A DNA stretch of 64,000 nucleotides, taken from contig BTWA01000025.1 in NCBI GenBank assembly GCA_045863295.1, forward strand, positions 1-64,000. Direction: 5' to 3'. The notes below the pieces were generated by a model. The model made no database searches and was not told the DNA's origin. It saw only the letters and a list, made by a program, of their open reading frames with translations. This document shows, piece by piece, positions 40,042 through 49,760 of the stretch (its first letter is position 1; the number at the start of each line of letters is the position of its first letter). This DNA is from Candidatus Hydrogenedentota bacterium (lineage in GTDB: Bacteria > Hydrogenedentota > Hydrogenedentia > Hydrogenedentales > SLHB01). A program made the position numbers and the translations under genes.

Positions 40042-40196
40042 TAGAGTCTTCCTCTGTTACAAGTTATTGCCTTGGAATTGGTTGGAGCGAGCGGTCGACA
40101 CCCACAACCTGCCAGATACGCCGCTGATCGCTACGCCGCCGTTTGTGTCATAATAGTGCGAGAAGCCAAGAATTAAAACAGTACCGCGGGAGATGA

Positions 40197-40853
40197 TTGA
40201 TGCGCTGCCGTCGCCACGGGTTCAGCATGGTCGAAATGCTTGTCGTGCTTGCCATCATTTCGATCCTAATGGCACTTTACCTGCCCGTTCTGAGCAAAGC
40301 GATGCGAAAAGCCAAAGACGTCGCGGCGAAGGAGGGCTTGCGTCAGGATGCGATTGGGCGATATGCCGACGGGGCAAACGTCGCAGGTCCGAATAACGGA
40401 CCATTGCCCGATCGCAATGCGTGCCGCGAAGCGTTTCGCACCCTGATGCAGACCGGAAAACAGGAAGAGTGGGTGACGAAGATGCTGTATGCGGCGCGCA
40501 ATGACGATGAATTCGAGGCCTATTGGAACACGCTCTTGAATCCAAATGCAGCCGATCCGCTGGAATTTGAGGGGCGATCCGTGGTCGCCACGGATTTTGA
40601 GGGAAATGAATACCTGCTTCCGGTTATCGACGACTTGGATGTAATAGCCAGCCGATTGGGGAACTTTCCCGTGGGGTGGACCTATATCTCGACCGACTTA
40701 TCCGATACAAGCACCGGCAACATCGGAGGCGACGTGTTGTTCAGCGGGGGGCATGTCGAGTACGTCCGCTATCCATCGGGATACCCCATGTCCCCGACCG
40801 TAGCGGACTTGTCACACAAGTTTCTACATCCGGATCTGCCCCTGTTCGGATAA
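40197..40853 (+). CDS. Type IV prepilin-like protein (DUF1559-like)
   Basis: RHG|FSMVEMLVVLAII cleavage/methylation site; C-terminal VLFSGGHVE. Confidence 0.85.
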   Translation: MMRCRRHGFSMVEMLVVLAIISILMALYLPVLSKAMRKAKDVAAKEGLRQDAIGRYADGANVAGPNNGPLPDRNACREAFRTLMQTGKQEEWVTKMLYAARNDDEFEAYWNTLLNPNAADPLEFEGRSVVATDFEGNEYLLPVIDDLDVIASRLGNFPVGWTYISTDLSDTSTGNIGGDVLFSGGHVEYVRYPSGYPMSPTVADLSHKFLHPDLPLFG

Positions 40854-40864
40854 GGCAGGGTTTT

Positions 40865-41317
40865 CTATGCCCCAAACTGCTTGAGGTGATGTTCGCAGTG
40901 CCGCACATGCATTACAGCCCAGCCATCGATGCCAATGTCGCCGAAGCCGGGGTGTTCACATGGCTTCATCGAACCTTCCTGTACCGCCGCCAAGTAATCG
41001 TCTAACGTGACCCTTAATTCTGCAATAGCCTGAGGCAAGGGCGTATTTCGCTCTTCCGCGAACTTTCGCTTGATAGGAATGTTTTTGGGAATGGGCAAAA
41101 TTCCTTTCAGGATCAGCGGGCCGAAGATGTATTTCGTCATGAAATTGCCGACGTAAAAACTGGGGACTTCTTTTCCCATGGAATAGCGGAACGTTGCATT
41201 CAGATGATTCACCATTCGGTCCGGTGACATTTTACCCCAAGCCGGTTTGGCTTCCGCAGGTATCTTCTCCAGCCGTTCTATCAATTCAGATGCAAAGTCA
41301 TGGTCCATCTGACGCAT
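40865..41317 (-). CDS. DUF1569 (DinB/YfiT-like) protein, paralog 3
   Basis: WGKM...HL, HPGFG, HCEHHLKQFG. Confidence 0.88.
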   Translation of the reverse strand: MRQMDHDFASELIERLEKIPAEAKPAWGKMSPDRMVNHLNATFRYSMGKEVPSFYVGNFMTKYIFGPLILKGILPIPKNIPIKRKFAEERNTPLPQAIAELRVTLDDYLAAVQEGSMKPCEHPGFGDIGIDGWAVMHVRHCEHHLKQFGA

Positions 41318-41322
41318 GGTGG

Positions 41323-41775
41323 CTAAACTCCAAACTGCCGCAGATGATGGTCGCAGTGAACAACGTGGAAACGGCGCCAGCCGGACACGCCGATATGGCC
41401 GAAAAAAGGGTGGTGCGGAGTGGACATGCCCCCATTCGTACTATTGACCAGAAACTCACCCAATACAGACTTGAGTTCCTCTGCCGAGCAGGTGCGGGTT
41501 CCGTGTTCCGGCGCGCCCTTGGCTCGGGGAGCCCGGATATTTTGAGGGATTTGCTTGATTCCAAATAGCACAAGTGGGGCAAACACATACTTCGTTTTGA
41601 AGTTTCCCTTGAAAGGGACTTCAGGTCCCTGGCCCATCGAATACCGGACAACATCGGCAAGGTGCCCAAACATCTGATCCCGGTTCATTTTGCCCCAAAG
41701 CGGCGCGGCGTCCGCCGGTATCCGTTCAATTCGTTGGGTAATCTGGTCAATGTGCGCCTGATTCAACTTGGCCAT
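41323..41775 (-). CDS. DUF1569 (DinB/YfiT-like) protein, paralog 2
   Basis: WGKMNRDQMFGHL, HPFFG, HCDHHLRQFGV. Confidence 0.88.
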   Translation of the reverse strand: MAKLNQAHIDQITQRIERIPADAAPLWGKMNRDQMFGHLADVVRYSMGQGPEVPFKGNFKTKYVFAPLVLFGIKQIPQNIRAPRAKGAPEHGTRTCSAEELKSVLGEFLVNSTNGGMSTPHHPFFGHIGVSGWRRFHVVHCDHHLRQFGV

Positions 41776-41788
41776 GCAATGTGCCCTT

Positions 41789-42232
41789 TCAGACCGCGAA
41801 TTGCCTCGCGTGATGATCGCCATGAACAATATGCAGCTTTCCCCAGCCTTTTGCGCCGATCGCGCCGAATAAGGGGTGGGGAAGTGGATTGAAATGGGGT
41901 TCGCTCATTCTGTCCAAAAAGGCCTCCAACCGGGCATGCACCGACTCCAGCGGCTCGCCGGGTGCGTCAAATGCATACATTTTCGGGGCTTCTACGTTGC
42001 GCGGCATTCGAATGAAGCCGTTCAGGATTAAGGGTGCCGCCACCGCATGGTAAAAGAGATTGCCTTCGTCTTTCGCCCTGGGCAATTCGCCCAATGAATA
42101 CCCAATGGCCTGGCTAAGGTGGGCGAACATTTGCCCGCGATTCATGGCCCCCCAAAGCGGCTTTGCATCCTCGGGAATCCGAGAGAGCCTGCTGCAAAAA
42201 GAATCCACAAACGACCGATCAAACGTGCGCAT
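41789..42232 (-). CDS. DUF1569 (DinB/YfiT-like) protein, paralog 1
   Basis: WGAMNRGQMFAHL, HPLFG, HGDHHARQFAV. Confidence 0.88.
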   Translation of the reverse strand: MRTFDRSFVDSFCSRLSRIPEDAKPLWGAMNRGQMFAHLSQAIGYSLGELPRAKDEGNLFYHAVAAPLILNGFIRMPRNVEAPKMYAFDAPGEPLESVHARLEAFLDRMSEPHFNPLPHPLFGAIGAKGWGKLHIVHGDHHARQFAV

Positions 42233-42436
42233 TGTAAGAGCCCAACCCAAGTTGTCCGCCATTATGATTCTGAGTGTTTGAATGTGCAAGGACCGGGAAC
42301 TGCAATTAGGAAAGTGTTTGGGCCAGTCCTTGCAGCGGCCTCATGGAATCGGTAAGATACGACGCTTTGGCGTGGCAGATGTGTCCCTGCTAACCCTTTG
42401 CGCATCAATCGATTATCCCCCTTCCGGAGGCATGCA

Positions 42437-43813
42437 ATGGCAGACGAACATTTCAAGGAAACGTGGAAGACCATTCGAGAGTTCGAGGCGAACCAGGATA
42501 CAGACGGTCTTCGGGAGTTCGTGCATTCGCTGACACCGGGTGACATCGCACGCGCCTTGACGCGCCTTAGTGATGACGAAAAGACCACCCTGCTGACCCT
42601 ACTTCCCCCGGATGAAGCGGCTGGGATTTTGGCCATTCTACCCGAAGTGCAGGGCGCGGAGATTATCGAGGAACTGACTCCCGAGCAGGCCGCCGCAATC
42701 CTGGACGAAATGGAAAGTGCCACTCGCGCGGACGTTCTTGGCAGTCTCGAGGACATGGACGTCGAGGCCATCTTGAAGGCCATGGATCCCGCTCAAGCCG
42801 AGGATACCAGGGTTCTTTTGAACTACGACCCGGATACCGCCGGCGGCCTGATGATTACCGAGTTTCTCTACTATGAAGAGGACCAGACAATTGCCGACGT
42901 CTTGAGTGATTTGCGAACCAACGCCGACACATACGCCGACTATGGGGTTCAGTACGTATACGTAGTCTCACACGAAAAGAAGTTGGTTGGCGTTATCCGC
43001 TTGCGCGATCTCGTACTCTCACCCGGATTGACCCCGCTTGTAGATGTCATGATTAAGAATCCATTGAACGTGAACGTCAAGACCTCGCTTGACGATTTGC
43101 GGCAGTTGTTCGATCAATACAATTTCTTTGGTGTGCCCGTAGTCGACGATGCCTTTCAAATTGTTGGCGTTGTACAGCGCGACGACGTTAAGAAGCGCGA
43201 ATCGGATGTGGCTGGAAAGGCGTTTATGCGCTTCAGCGGCATCATCGGTGGTGAAGAATTGCGGAGTATGCCCAACAGCATTCGCGCGATCCGGCGATTG
43301 GCATTTCTTACGCCCAACATTTTCTTAAATCTGATTTCCGCCAGTGTCATAGCTATGTATGAAAAGACCCTTGCCCAAGTTATTATGCTGGCTGTGTTTA
43401 TGCCCATTATTTCCGATATGAGCGGCTGCTCGGGCAACCAGGCGGTCGCGGTCAGCATCCGGGAATTGTCCATCGGCGTCATTAAGCCCCGCGATTTCAT
43501 TCGGGTTTGGCTAAAGGAAATGCAGGTTGGGGTTCCAAACGGCATCGCGCTAGGCATCGCGCTGGGCCTCATCGTGCTGATATGGTCGCAGAACATCTAT
43601 CTGGCTAGCGTCGTCGGCGGCGCCTTGTTGCTGAACACCATCGTGGGAGCTTGTATCGGAGGATTGATTCCACTGGGGTTGAAGGTGTTTAAAGTGGATC
43701 CGGCTTTGGCCTCCGCACCGATATTAACGACCGTGACCGACATGCTCGGATTCTTCTTTATGCTCGGTTTTGCATCGCTTGCTTTGAGCATGGGGCTGCC
43801 CATCGCCGACTGA
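42437..43813 (+). CDS. mgtE: Magnesium transporter MgtE (copy 1)
   Basis: Acidic N-domain, TAGGLM, CBS pair, DPALASAPILTTVTD. Confidence 0.94.
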   Translation: MADEHFKETWKTIREFEANQDTDGLREFVHSLTPGDIARALTRLSDDEKTTLLTLLPPDEAAGILAILPEVQGAEIIEELTPEQAAAILDEMESATRADVLGSLEDMDVEAILKAMDPAQAEDTRVLLNYDPDTAGGLMITEFLYYEEDQTIADVLSDLRTNADTYADYGVQYVYVVSHEKKLVGVIRLRDLVLSPGLTPLVDVMIKNPLNVNVKTSLDDLRQLFDQYNFFGVPVVDDAFQIVGVVQRDDVKKRESDVAGKAFMRFSGIIGGEELRSMPNSIRAIRRLAFLTPNIFLNLISASVIAMYEKTLAQVIMLAVFMPIISDMSGCSGNQAVAVSIRELSIGVIKPRDFIRVWLKEMQVGVPNGIALGIALGLIVLIWSQNIYLASVVGGALLLNTIVGACIGGLIPLGLKVFKVDPALASAPILTTVTDMLGFFFMLGFASLALSMGLPIAD

Positions 43814-43879
43814 CAACCGGACTCACCAGCACCAGTCCTTGAATGTGCACGGAGTCTGCTAATTAAAGAGAAGCTCGCC

Positions 43880-45223
43880 ATGGCGTGGGAACAACTGGAA
43901 CAGCTCATTGAACAAGAGGACCATTCGGCCCTTGTCGAATTGTTGCATTCCCTGAGCGCCGCTGAACTGGCACGGGCCTTTTCACGCCTTGGCGAGGATG
44001 ACAGAGCAAAACTCCTCACGCTGCTTGAGGCCGAACACGCAGCGGACATCATTGCCCAGCTATCCGATGCCCAGAGCGCGGATCTACTCGAAGAGTTGCC
44101 CGCCGAAGTTGCCGCGGACATTTTGGAGGAATTGGATAGCGATCAACGCGCTGATCTGCTCGGAGAAATCGACGCCACCGACGCCGAAGCCATTCTGCAG
44201 CATATGGAACCGGAGGAAGCCGCCGATGCCCGCATGTTGCTCAATTACCCCGCTGACACGGCGGGCGGCCTGATGGTAACCGAGTTTCTTGCATTTCCCA
44301 TGGCATGGAAGGTGTCCGATGTTGTGCGAAATCTGCACGACCATGCCAGGGAATACGCCGACTACAGCATCCAATACGCCTACACTGTGTCCGATCACGG
44401 ACGGCTTGTGGGGGTGCTTCGATTGCGAGACCTTTTGCTCTCGGAAGACGAGGTTCCGTTGAGTTCACTCATGATCGCAAATCCAATCTATGTGTTGCAC
44501 ACGGCGACTTTGGATGAATTGGAGCAGACATTTGCCCGGTATCCGTTTGTCGGTTTGCCGGTCGTCGAGCCCGACGGGCGCATCATTGGCGTAGTGCGCC
44601 GTTTGGATACGGAGGAAGCCCTCGGTGACCGACAAGAACAAGCCTTTATGCGATTTGGCGGTATTATCACTGGCGAAGAGTTGCGCAGCATGCCCTTGTT
44701 CGAGCGCTCGTTCCGGCGTCTGCTGTGGCTTGTCATCAATCTTGCGTTGTCGTTGCTCGCGGTTACCGTCATCGACCAGTTTCACGCAACGCTTGAAGCC
44801 GTTATTGCACTTGCCGTATTCATCCCTGTGGTTGCCAACCTGAGTGGCTGTGCAGGCAATCAGGCAGTCACGGTCAGCATTCGTGAATTGTCGCTCGGCC
44901 TGATAACCACCGAGGATTATGTTCGCGTTATTGCCAAGGAATCACAAGTTGGGCTGATAAACGGTTTGTGTCTCGGCACGTTGCTGGCAGGCGTATCCTA
45001 CCTTTGGAAGCACAATCTCGCGCTCAGTCTGGTCGTGGGCGTGGCGTTAGCGGCGAATTCGGTAATAGCGTTGGCTCTGGGTGGCTCAATTCCGCTAATT
45101 GTGCGAAAAATCAAAATGGACCCGGCTCTGGCCTCTCCGCCCCTCTTAACCACGATTACGGACATGTGTGCATTCTTCTTAGTCTTAAGTATCGCCGCTG
45201 CGGTTCTAACACACTTAGTGTAA
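43880..45223 (+). CDS. mgtE: Magnesium transporter MgtE (copy 2)
   Basis: TAGGLM, CBS pair, DPALASPPLLTTITD. Confidence 0.94.
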   Translation: MAWEQLEQLIEQEDHSALVELLHSLSAAELARAFSRLGEDDRAKLLTLLEAEHAADIIAQLSDAQSADLLEELPAEVAADILEELDSDQRADLLGEIDATDAEAILQHMEPEEAADARMLLNYPADTAGGLMVTEFLAFPMAWKVSDVVRNLHDHAREYADYSIQYAYTVSDHGRLVGVLRLRDLLLSEDEVPLSSLMIANPIYVLHTATLDELEQTFARYPFVGLPVVEPDGRIIGVVRRLDTEEALGDRQEQAFMRFGGIITGEELRSMPLFERSFRRLLWLVINLALSLLAVTVIDQFHATLEAVIALAVFIPVVANLSGCAGNQAVTVSIRELSLGLITTEDYVRVIAKESQVGLINGLCLGTLLAGVSYLWKHNLALSLVVGVALAANSVIALALGGSIPLIVRKIKMDPALASPPLLTTITDMCAFFLVLSIAAAVLTHLV

Positions 45224-45338
45224 GTCCCGGGATCCGTGGAAATTAGACCGCATCAACTTTGACTTGCCTGCGCCGGGGCTGATACTATTTTCCCCTTTAG
45301 CAAGCCGCAACCTGACACCTGTTTATGGATGCAAGTGG

Positions 45339-46376
45339 ATGATTCAAGAAGCCTTACATGATCTGGCCCTGAAGCAAGATCTTTCGCGGGATCGGGCTGC
45401 CGCCGCTCTGGGTGACATCATGGAAGGCAAGGCCACACAGGCCCAGATTGGCGCTTTTCTTATGGGTCTTCGGGTGAAAGGCGAGACAGTTGAGGAAATC
45501 ACCGGACTTGCCTCTACCATGCGGGCCAAGGCTACTCGAATCGTTACAACCCGAAGCCCCTTGGTGGATACCTGCGGCACAGGTGGTGATCACTCGGGTA
45601 CATTCAATATTTCCACAGCGGCCGCTTTCGTGGCAGCCGGTTCCGGCGTGGCCGTTGCAAAGCACGGGAACCGTAGCGCCACAAGCAAGTGTGGCAGTGC
45701 TGATGTTTTGGAAGCACTTGGCGTTCAATTGGATGCGTCACCAGACCAAGTAGGCAGGTGCATTGACGACGTAGGGATAGGGTTTCTTTTTGCCCGAGCA
45801 CTTCACACGTGCATGAAACATGTAGCGGGTCCGCGGGCCGAATTGAAAACCCGTACCGTGTTCAACATTCTCGGTCCGTTGACCAATCCGGCGGGTGCCT
45901 GTGGACAGGTTATTGGGGTCTTTGATCGCGATCTCGTCGAGACGCTTGCCCAAGTACTGGCGAATCTCGGTACGCGCCGGGCATTTGTCGTATCCGGCCC
46001 TGATGGACTAGACGAACTAGGATTATCCGGCCCATCTACTGTATGCGAAGTGTCAGGGAAAGGATTGCGGAAGTATGAGATACGTCCGGAAGATGCAGGG
46101 CTTGCCCCGGCACCGTTGACGGCGGTGAGGGGAGGGGGGCCGGAGGAAAACGCCGGTCTGCTTCGCGCGGTATTGGAAGGTCAACACGGCCCTCACCGTG
46201 ACATTGTATTGTTGAATGCGGCTGCGGCCTTATTGGCGGCTGACGACCACAGTACCGACTGGCGCGAGGCGGTCGAGCGAGCCTCATCGTCCATCGACTC
46301 AGGTTCGGCCTTGGCCAAACTGGACGCGTTGATTGCGGCTTCGGGTGCATTGACGGAAACCGGCGGCAAACCATGA
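45339..46376 (+). CDS. trpD: Anthranilate phosphoribosyltransferase
   Basis: DTCGTGGD, FNIST, KHGNR, GPLTNP, DGLDE. Confidence 0.97.
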   Translation: MIQEALHDLALKQDLSRDRAAAALGDIMEGKATQAQIGAFLMGLRVKGETVEEITGLASTMRAKATRIVTTRSPLVDTCGTGGDHSGTFNISTAAAFVAAGSGVAVAKHGNRSATSKCGSADVLEALGVQLDASPDQVGRCIDDVGIGFLFARALHTCMKHVAGPRAELKTRTVFNILGPLTNPAGACGQVIGVFDRDLVETLAQVLANLGTRRAFVVSGPDGLDELGLSGPSTVCEVSGKGLRKYEIRPEDAGLAPAPLTAVRGGGPEENAGLLRAVLEGQHGPHRDIVLLNAAAALLAADDHSTDWREAVERASSSIDSGSALAKLDALIAASGALTETGGKP

Positions 46377-47155
46377 TCTTAGACGATATCTGCGCGCACA
46401 AGTTGGAAGAAGTGGCGGCCCGCAAACAGGCCCTGCCACAGCGGCAACTTGAGGAGCAAATTGACTGGAACCGAAAACCTCGCGATTTCAGGGGTGCACT
46501 GCGCAAAGACGGCATCAGTCTTATCGCGGAGATCAAGCGTTCCTCGCCGGTTAAGGGTACTTTTCTCCACAACGTGGATCCGGTGGAACTGGGACATCTT
46601 TATCAGGATAACGGGGCCCGCGCGATTTCGATTCTGACCGACGAGAAATACTTCAAGGGAACGCTTCAAGATCTGCGCCAAGTCAGTACCAGCGTTCGCG
46701 TACCTTGCCTTCGAAAAGAGTTTATCGTCGACGAATACCAGATATACGAAGCGCGCGCCAACCGGGCCGACGCGATCTTGCTTATAGTGCGCATGCTTAC
46801 GGATGAACAAATAAAGGACTATAGCAAGCTCGCCGCCACGTTGGGCATGGGTGTACTGGTCGAAACGCACGACGAAGAAGAAATAGCGCGCGCGCTGAAG
46901 GCGGGTTCGGCCATCATCGGCATCAACAACCGCGACTTATCCTCGTTCACCGTGGATATTGGACTCACATTAAGGCTCAAAAAACTGGTGCCGGGCGGCC
47001 ACGTGCTCGTAAGCGAAAGCGGTATTTATACGCGGGACGACGTGAAGCGTCTGGAAGACGGCGGCGTGGACGCTATCCTTGTCGGCGAAGCCATCGTTTC
47101 CAACAAGGATATAGCATCCAAGATCAGGGAACTTCTCGGTTTTGACCAGAGTTAA
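46373..47155 (+). CDS. trpC: Indole-3-glycerol phosphate synthase
   Basis: IAEIKRSSP, LRKEF, GINNRDL, SESGI. Confidence 0.97.
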   Translation: MILDDICAHKLEEVAARKQALPQRQLEEQIDWNRKPRDFRGALRKDGISLIAEIKRSSPVKGTFLHNVDPVELGHLYQDNGARAISILTDEKYFKGTLQDLRQVSTSVRVPCLRKEFIVDEYQIYEARANRADAILLIVRMLTDEQIKDYSKLAATLGMGVLVETHDEEEIARALKAGSAIIGINNRDLSSFTVDIGLTLRLKKLVPGGHVLVSESGIYTRDDVKRLEDGGVDAILVGEAIVSNKDIASKIRELLGFDQS

Positions 47156-47771
47156 GATTTGCGGAATCACAAGTCTGCACGATGCGCTGGCTGCCTGCGA
47201 ATTCGGTGCAGATGCCCTGGGGTTTAATTTCGCGCCTGAGGCGAAGCCCAGGAACCGGTATATCGATCCGGATAATGCACAGCGCATTATCGAACAATTA
47301 CCCCCGTTCGTGGTGACTGTCGCAATTTGCGTCAACGAACCCCTTGACCGGGCAATCGACTTTTTGTCAATCGTGGATACGGTCCAGTTGCATGGCGAAG
47401 AGCCGCCCGAATACTGCGCTGCCTTTGGGCCGCGTTCAATTAAGGCGTTTCGGGCAGGACCCGGATTTATCACGGAGTCCATGCTTGAGTATCCCTGTGG
47501 GTCTTATTTGATTGACGCTTATGTGCCCGGCGCGCGAGGCGGCACGGGTCACGTTGGCGACTGGAATACAGCGGAACGCGCCGTTCAGTTGGGTAAGCCC
47601 ATCTTGCTGGCCGGCGGATTAACGCCTGCCAATGTGGCGGAGGCGGTGCGTCGCGTAAAGCCTTATGCAGTCGACACGGCGGGGGGCGTAGAAGCCGAAC
47701 CCGGAAAGAAGGATCATGCAAAGATCAGAGATTTCATCCGCAATGCCAAGTGCGCCTTATCCGTTTCCTGA
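47142..47771 (+). CDS. trpF: Phosphoribosylanthranilate isomerase
   Basis: [22 protein letters not shown]. Confidence 0.96.
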   Translation: MTRVKICGITSLHDALAACEFGADALGFNFAPEAKPRNRYIDPDNAQRIIEQLPPFVVTVAICVNEPLDRAIDFLSIVDTVQLHGEEPPEYCAAFGPRSIKAFRAGPGFITESMLEYPCGSYLIDAYVPGARGGTGHVGDWNTAERAVQLGKPILLAGGLTPANVAEAVRRVKPYAVDTAGGVEAEPGKKDHAKIRDFIRNAKCALSVS

Positions 47772-48954
47772 CGATCGGGGTCGGTACGGGGAATTTGGTG
47801 GGCGGTACGTACCCGAGACGCTGATGTATCCATTGCAGGAACTGGAAGCGGCGTACGCGAGTGCCATGGCTGATCCGGAGTTTCAGGCCACACTGGCGAA
47901 GTTGCGGACCGATTTTATCGGCCGCCCCACGCCTTTGTACTTCGCGGAGCGGCTGACGAAGCAGCTTGGCGGGGCCAAGATGTACTTCAAACGCGAGGAC
48001 CTGTGCCACACAGGCGCCCACAAGATCAATAATGCGCTCGGCCAAACCTTGCTTGCCAAGCGCATGGGAAAAACCCGCATCATCGCCGAAACCGGCGCCG
48101 GTCAGCACGGAGTGGCGACGGCCACCGCCTGTGCTTTATTGGGTCTGGAATGCGAGGTGTACATGGGCACGGAAGACATGGAGCGCCAAAAGCTCAACGT
48201 TTTTCGCATGCGCCTGCTGGGCACCAAGGTGACCGGCGTTAGTGCCGGCACCAAGACTCTAAAGGACGCCATCAACGAAGCGATGCGCGATTGGGTGGCC
48301 AATGTGCGTCACACCCACTATGTGCTGGGCACTGTGGAAGGGCCGCATCCGTTTCCGGTCATTTGCCGTGACTTTCAAAGCGTGATTGGCCGTGAGGTGC
48401 GGACACAAATCATGGAAAAAGAAGGCCGCTTACCTGACGTGCTCATTGCCTGTGTCGGCGGCGGAAGCAATTCGATTGGCCTGTTCTTTGACTTCATTCT
48501 CGATGAAGCGGTGAAAATGTACGGCGTTGAGGCTGGCGGCCACGGACCGGAAACCGGGGAACACGCCGCACGGTTTGCCGGCGGCGTCAAAGGAATGCTT
48601 CACGGCGCGATGAGTTATGTGCTGCAGGACAAACACGGGCAAATTCAGGGAACTCACAGCGTTTCTGCCGGCTTGGATTATCCCAGCATTGGTCCCGAAC
48701 ATGCGTACTTCCATACTATCGGCCGGGTCCAATATCCCTATGCCAACGACGATGAGGCGCTGGAAGCGTTTCAATTGGTCAGCCGTACCGAGGGCATCAT
48801 TCCCGCGCTGGAAAGTGCCCATGCCATCGCTTTTGCGGTCAAGCTTGTGCCGACGCTTGCTCCTGACCAAATTGTGGTCGTCAACATGTCTGGCCGGGGG
48901 GACAAGGACGTGCAACAGGCTGCCCGGTTTATTCTCGGGGAGGACTTGCTGTGA
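47743..48954 (+). CDS. trpB: Tryptophan synthase beta chain
   Basis: [31 protein letters not shown]. Confidence 0.98.
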   Translation: MPSAPYPFPDDRGRYGEFGGRYVPETLMYPLQELEAAYASAMADPEFQATLAKLRTDFIGRPTPLYFAERLTKQLGGAKMYFKREDLCHTGAHKINNALGQTLLAKRMGKTRIIAETGAGQHGVATATACALLGLECEVYMGTEDMERQKLNVFRMRLLGTKVTGVSAGTKTLKDAINEAMRDWVANVRHTHYVLGTVEGPHPFPVICRDFQSVIGREVRTQIMEKEGRLPDVLIACVGGGSNSIGLFFDFILDEAVKMYGVEAGGHGPETGEHAARFAGGVKGMLHGAMSYVLQDKHGQIQGTHSVSAGLDYPSIGPEHAYFHTIGRVQYPYANDDEALEAFQLVSRTEGIIPALESAHAIAFAVKLVPTLAPDQIVVVNMSGRGDKDVQQAARFILGEDLL

Positions 48955-49760
48955 ACCGTATCGATGCGCGGTTTGACCAATTAAAGCGACGAAAAGAAAC
49001 GGCGTTCATTCCTTTCATCACTGCGGGCGATCCAACGCTGTCTCGCACGCGCGAAATCGTTCTGGCGCTTGAAAGAGCCGGCGCGGATATCGTCGAGTTG
49101 GGCGTGCCATTCTCCGACCCAATCGCGGACGGTGTCGTAAATCAAGAAGCCGCGCAGCGCGCTCTCAAACATAATGTTACCTTGCATGATTGTGTGGCGC
49201 TCGTAAAAGAGCTTCGCAAGGAAACGCAACTCCCACTCCTGTTGTTCACGTACTACAACCCGGTACTGGCGTATGGAGTCGAGCAATTTGCAGTAGATTG
49301 CGCCGATGCGGGCGTGGATGGCGTGTTGTGCGTCGACCTGCCGCCGGAGGAAGATGAGGAGTACAACCGGTGCCTGCATGAGAAGAACATTGCTACTGTC
49401 TATCTGGTGGCTCCAACTACACGTCCCGAACGCATGGACGTGATCGCCCGGTATTCGCGCGGATTCATCTATTACGTATCCAGCATGGGCGTTACGGGCG
49501 AGCGCCGGTCGCTTGACGACACAGTCGGCAATATGGTGAGCGAGCTAAAGTCTCATGCCCAAACGCCTGTCGCCGTAGGATTCGGCATATCTACGCCGGA
49601 ACAGGCCGCACAAGTAGCCGGGTATGCCGATGGTGTCGTTGTTGGCAGCGCGATTGTGCGCCTGATCGGTTCCCTGGGCGATTCACCCGAGACCGCAGAC
49701 AAGGTTGGCGCGTTTGTAAAAACCCTTGCGGACGCTTCCAAGTTAGGAGCGGCCCCTTGA
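48951..49760 (+). CDS. trpA: Tryptophan synthase alpha chain
   Basis: [28 protein letters not shown]. Confidence 0.97.
   Translation: MNRIDARFDQLKRRKETAFIPFITAGDPTLSRTREIVLALERAGADIVELGVPFSDPIADGVVNQEAAQRALKHNVTLHDCVALVKELRKETQLPLLLFTYYNPVLAYGVEQFAVDCADAGVDGVLCVDLPPEEDEEYNRCLHEKNIATVYLVAPTTRPERMDVIARYSRGFIYYVSSMGVTGERRSLDDTVGNMVSELKSHAQTPVAVGFGISTPEQAAQVAGYADGVVVGSAIVRLIGSLGDSPETADKVGAFVKTLADASKLGAAP

Noticed and set aside
42233..42436. M-box (ykoK) riboswitch upstream of mgtE
   Set aside because: No recognisable conserved M-box motifs or terminator
45224..45338. trp attenuator / leader peptide or T-box
   Set aside because: No Trp-rich short ORF, terminator hairpin or T-box motif visible
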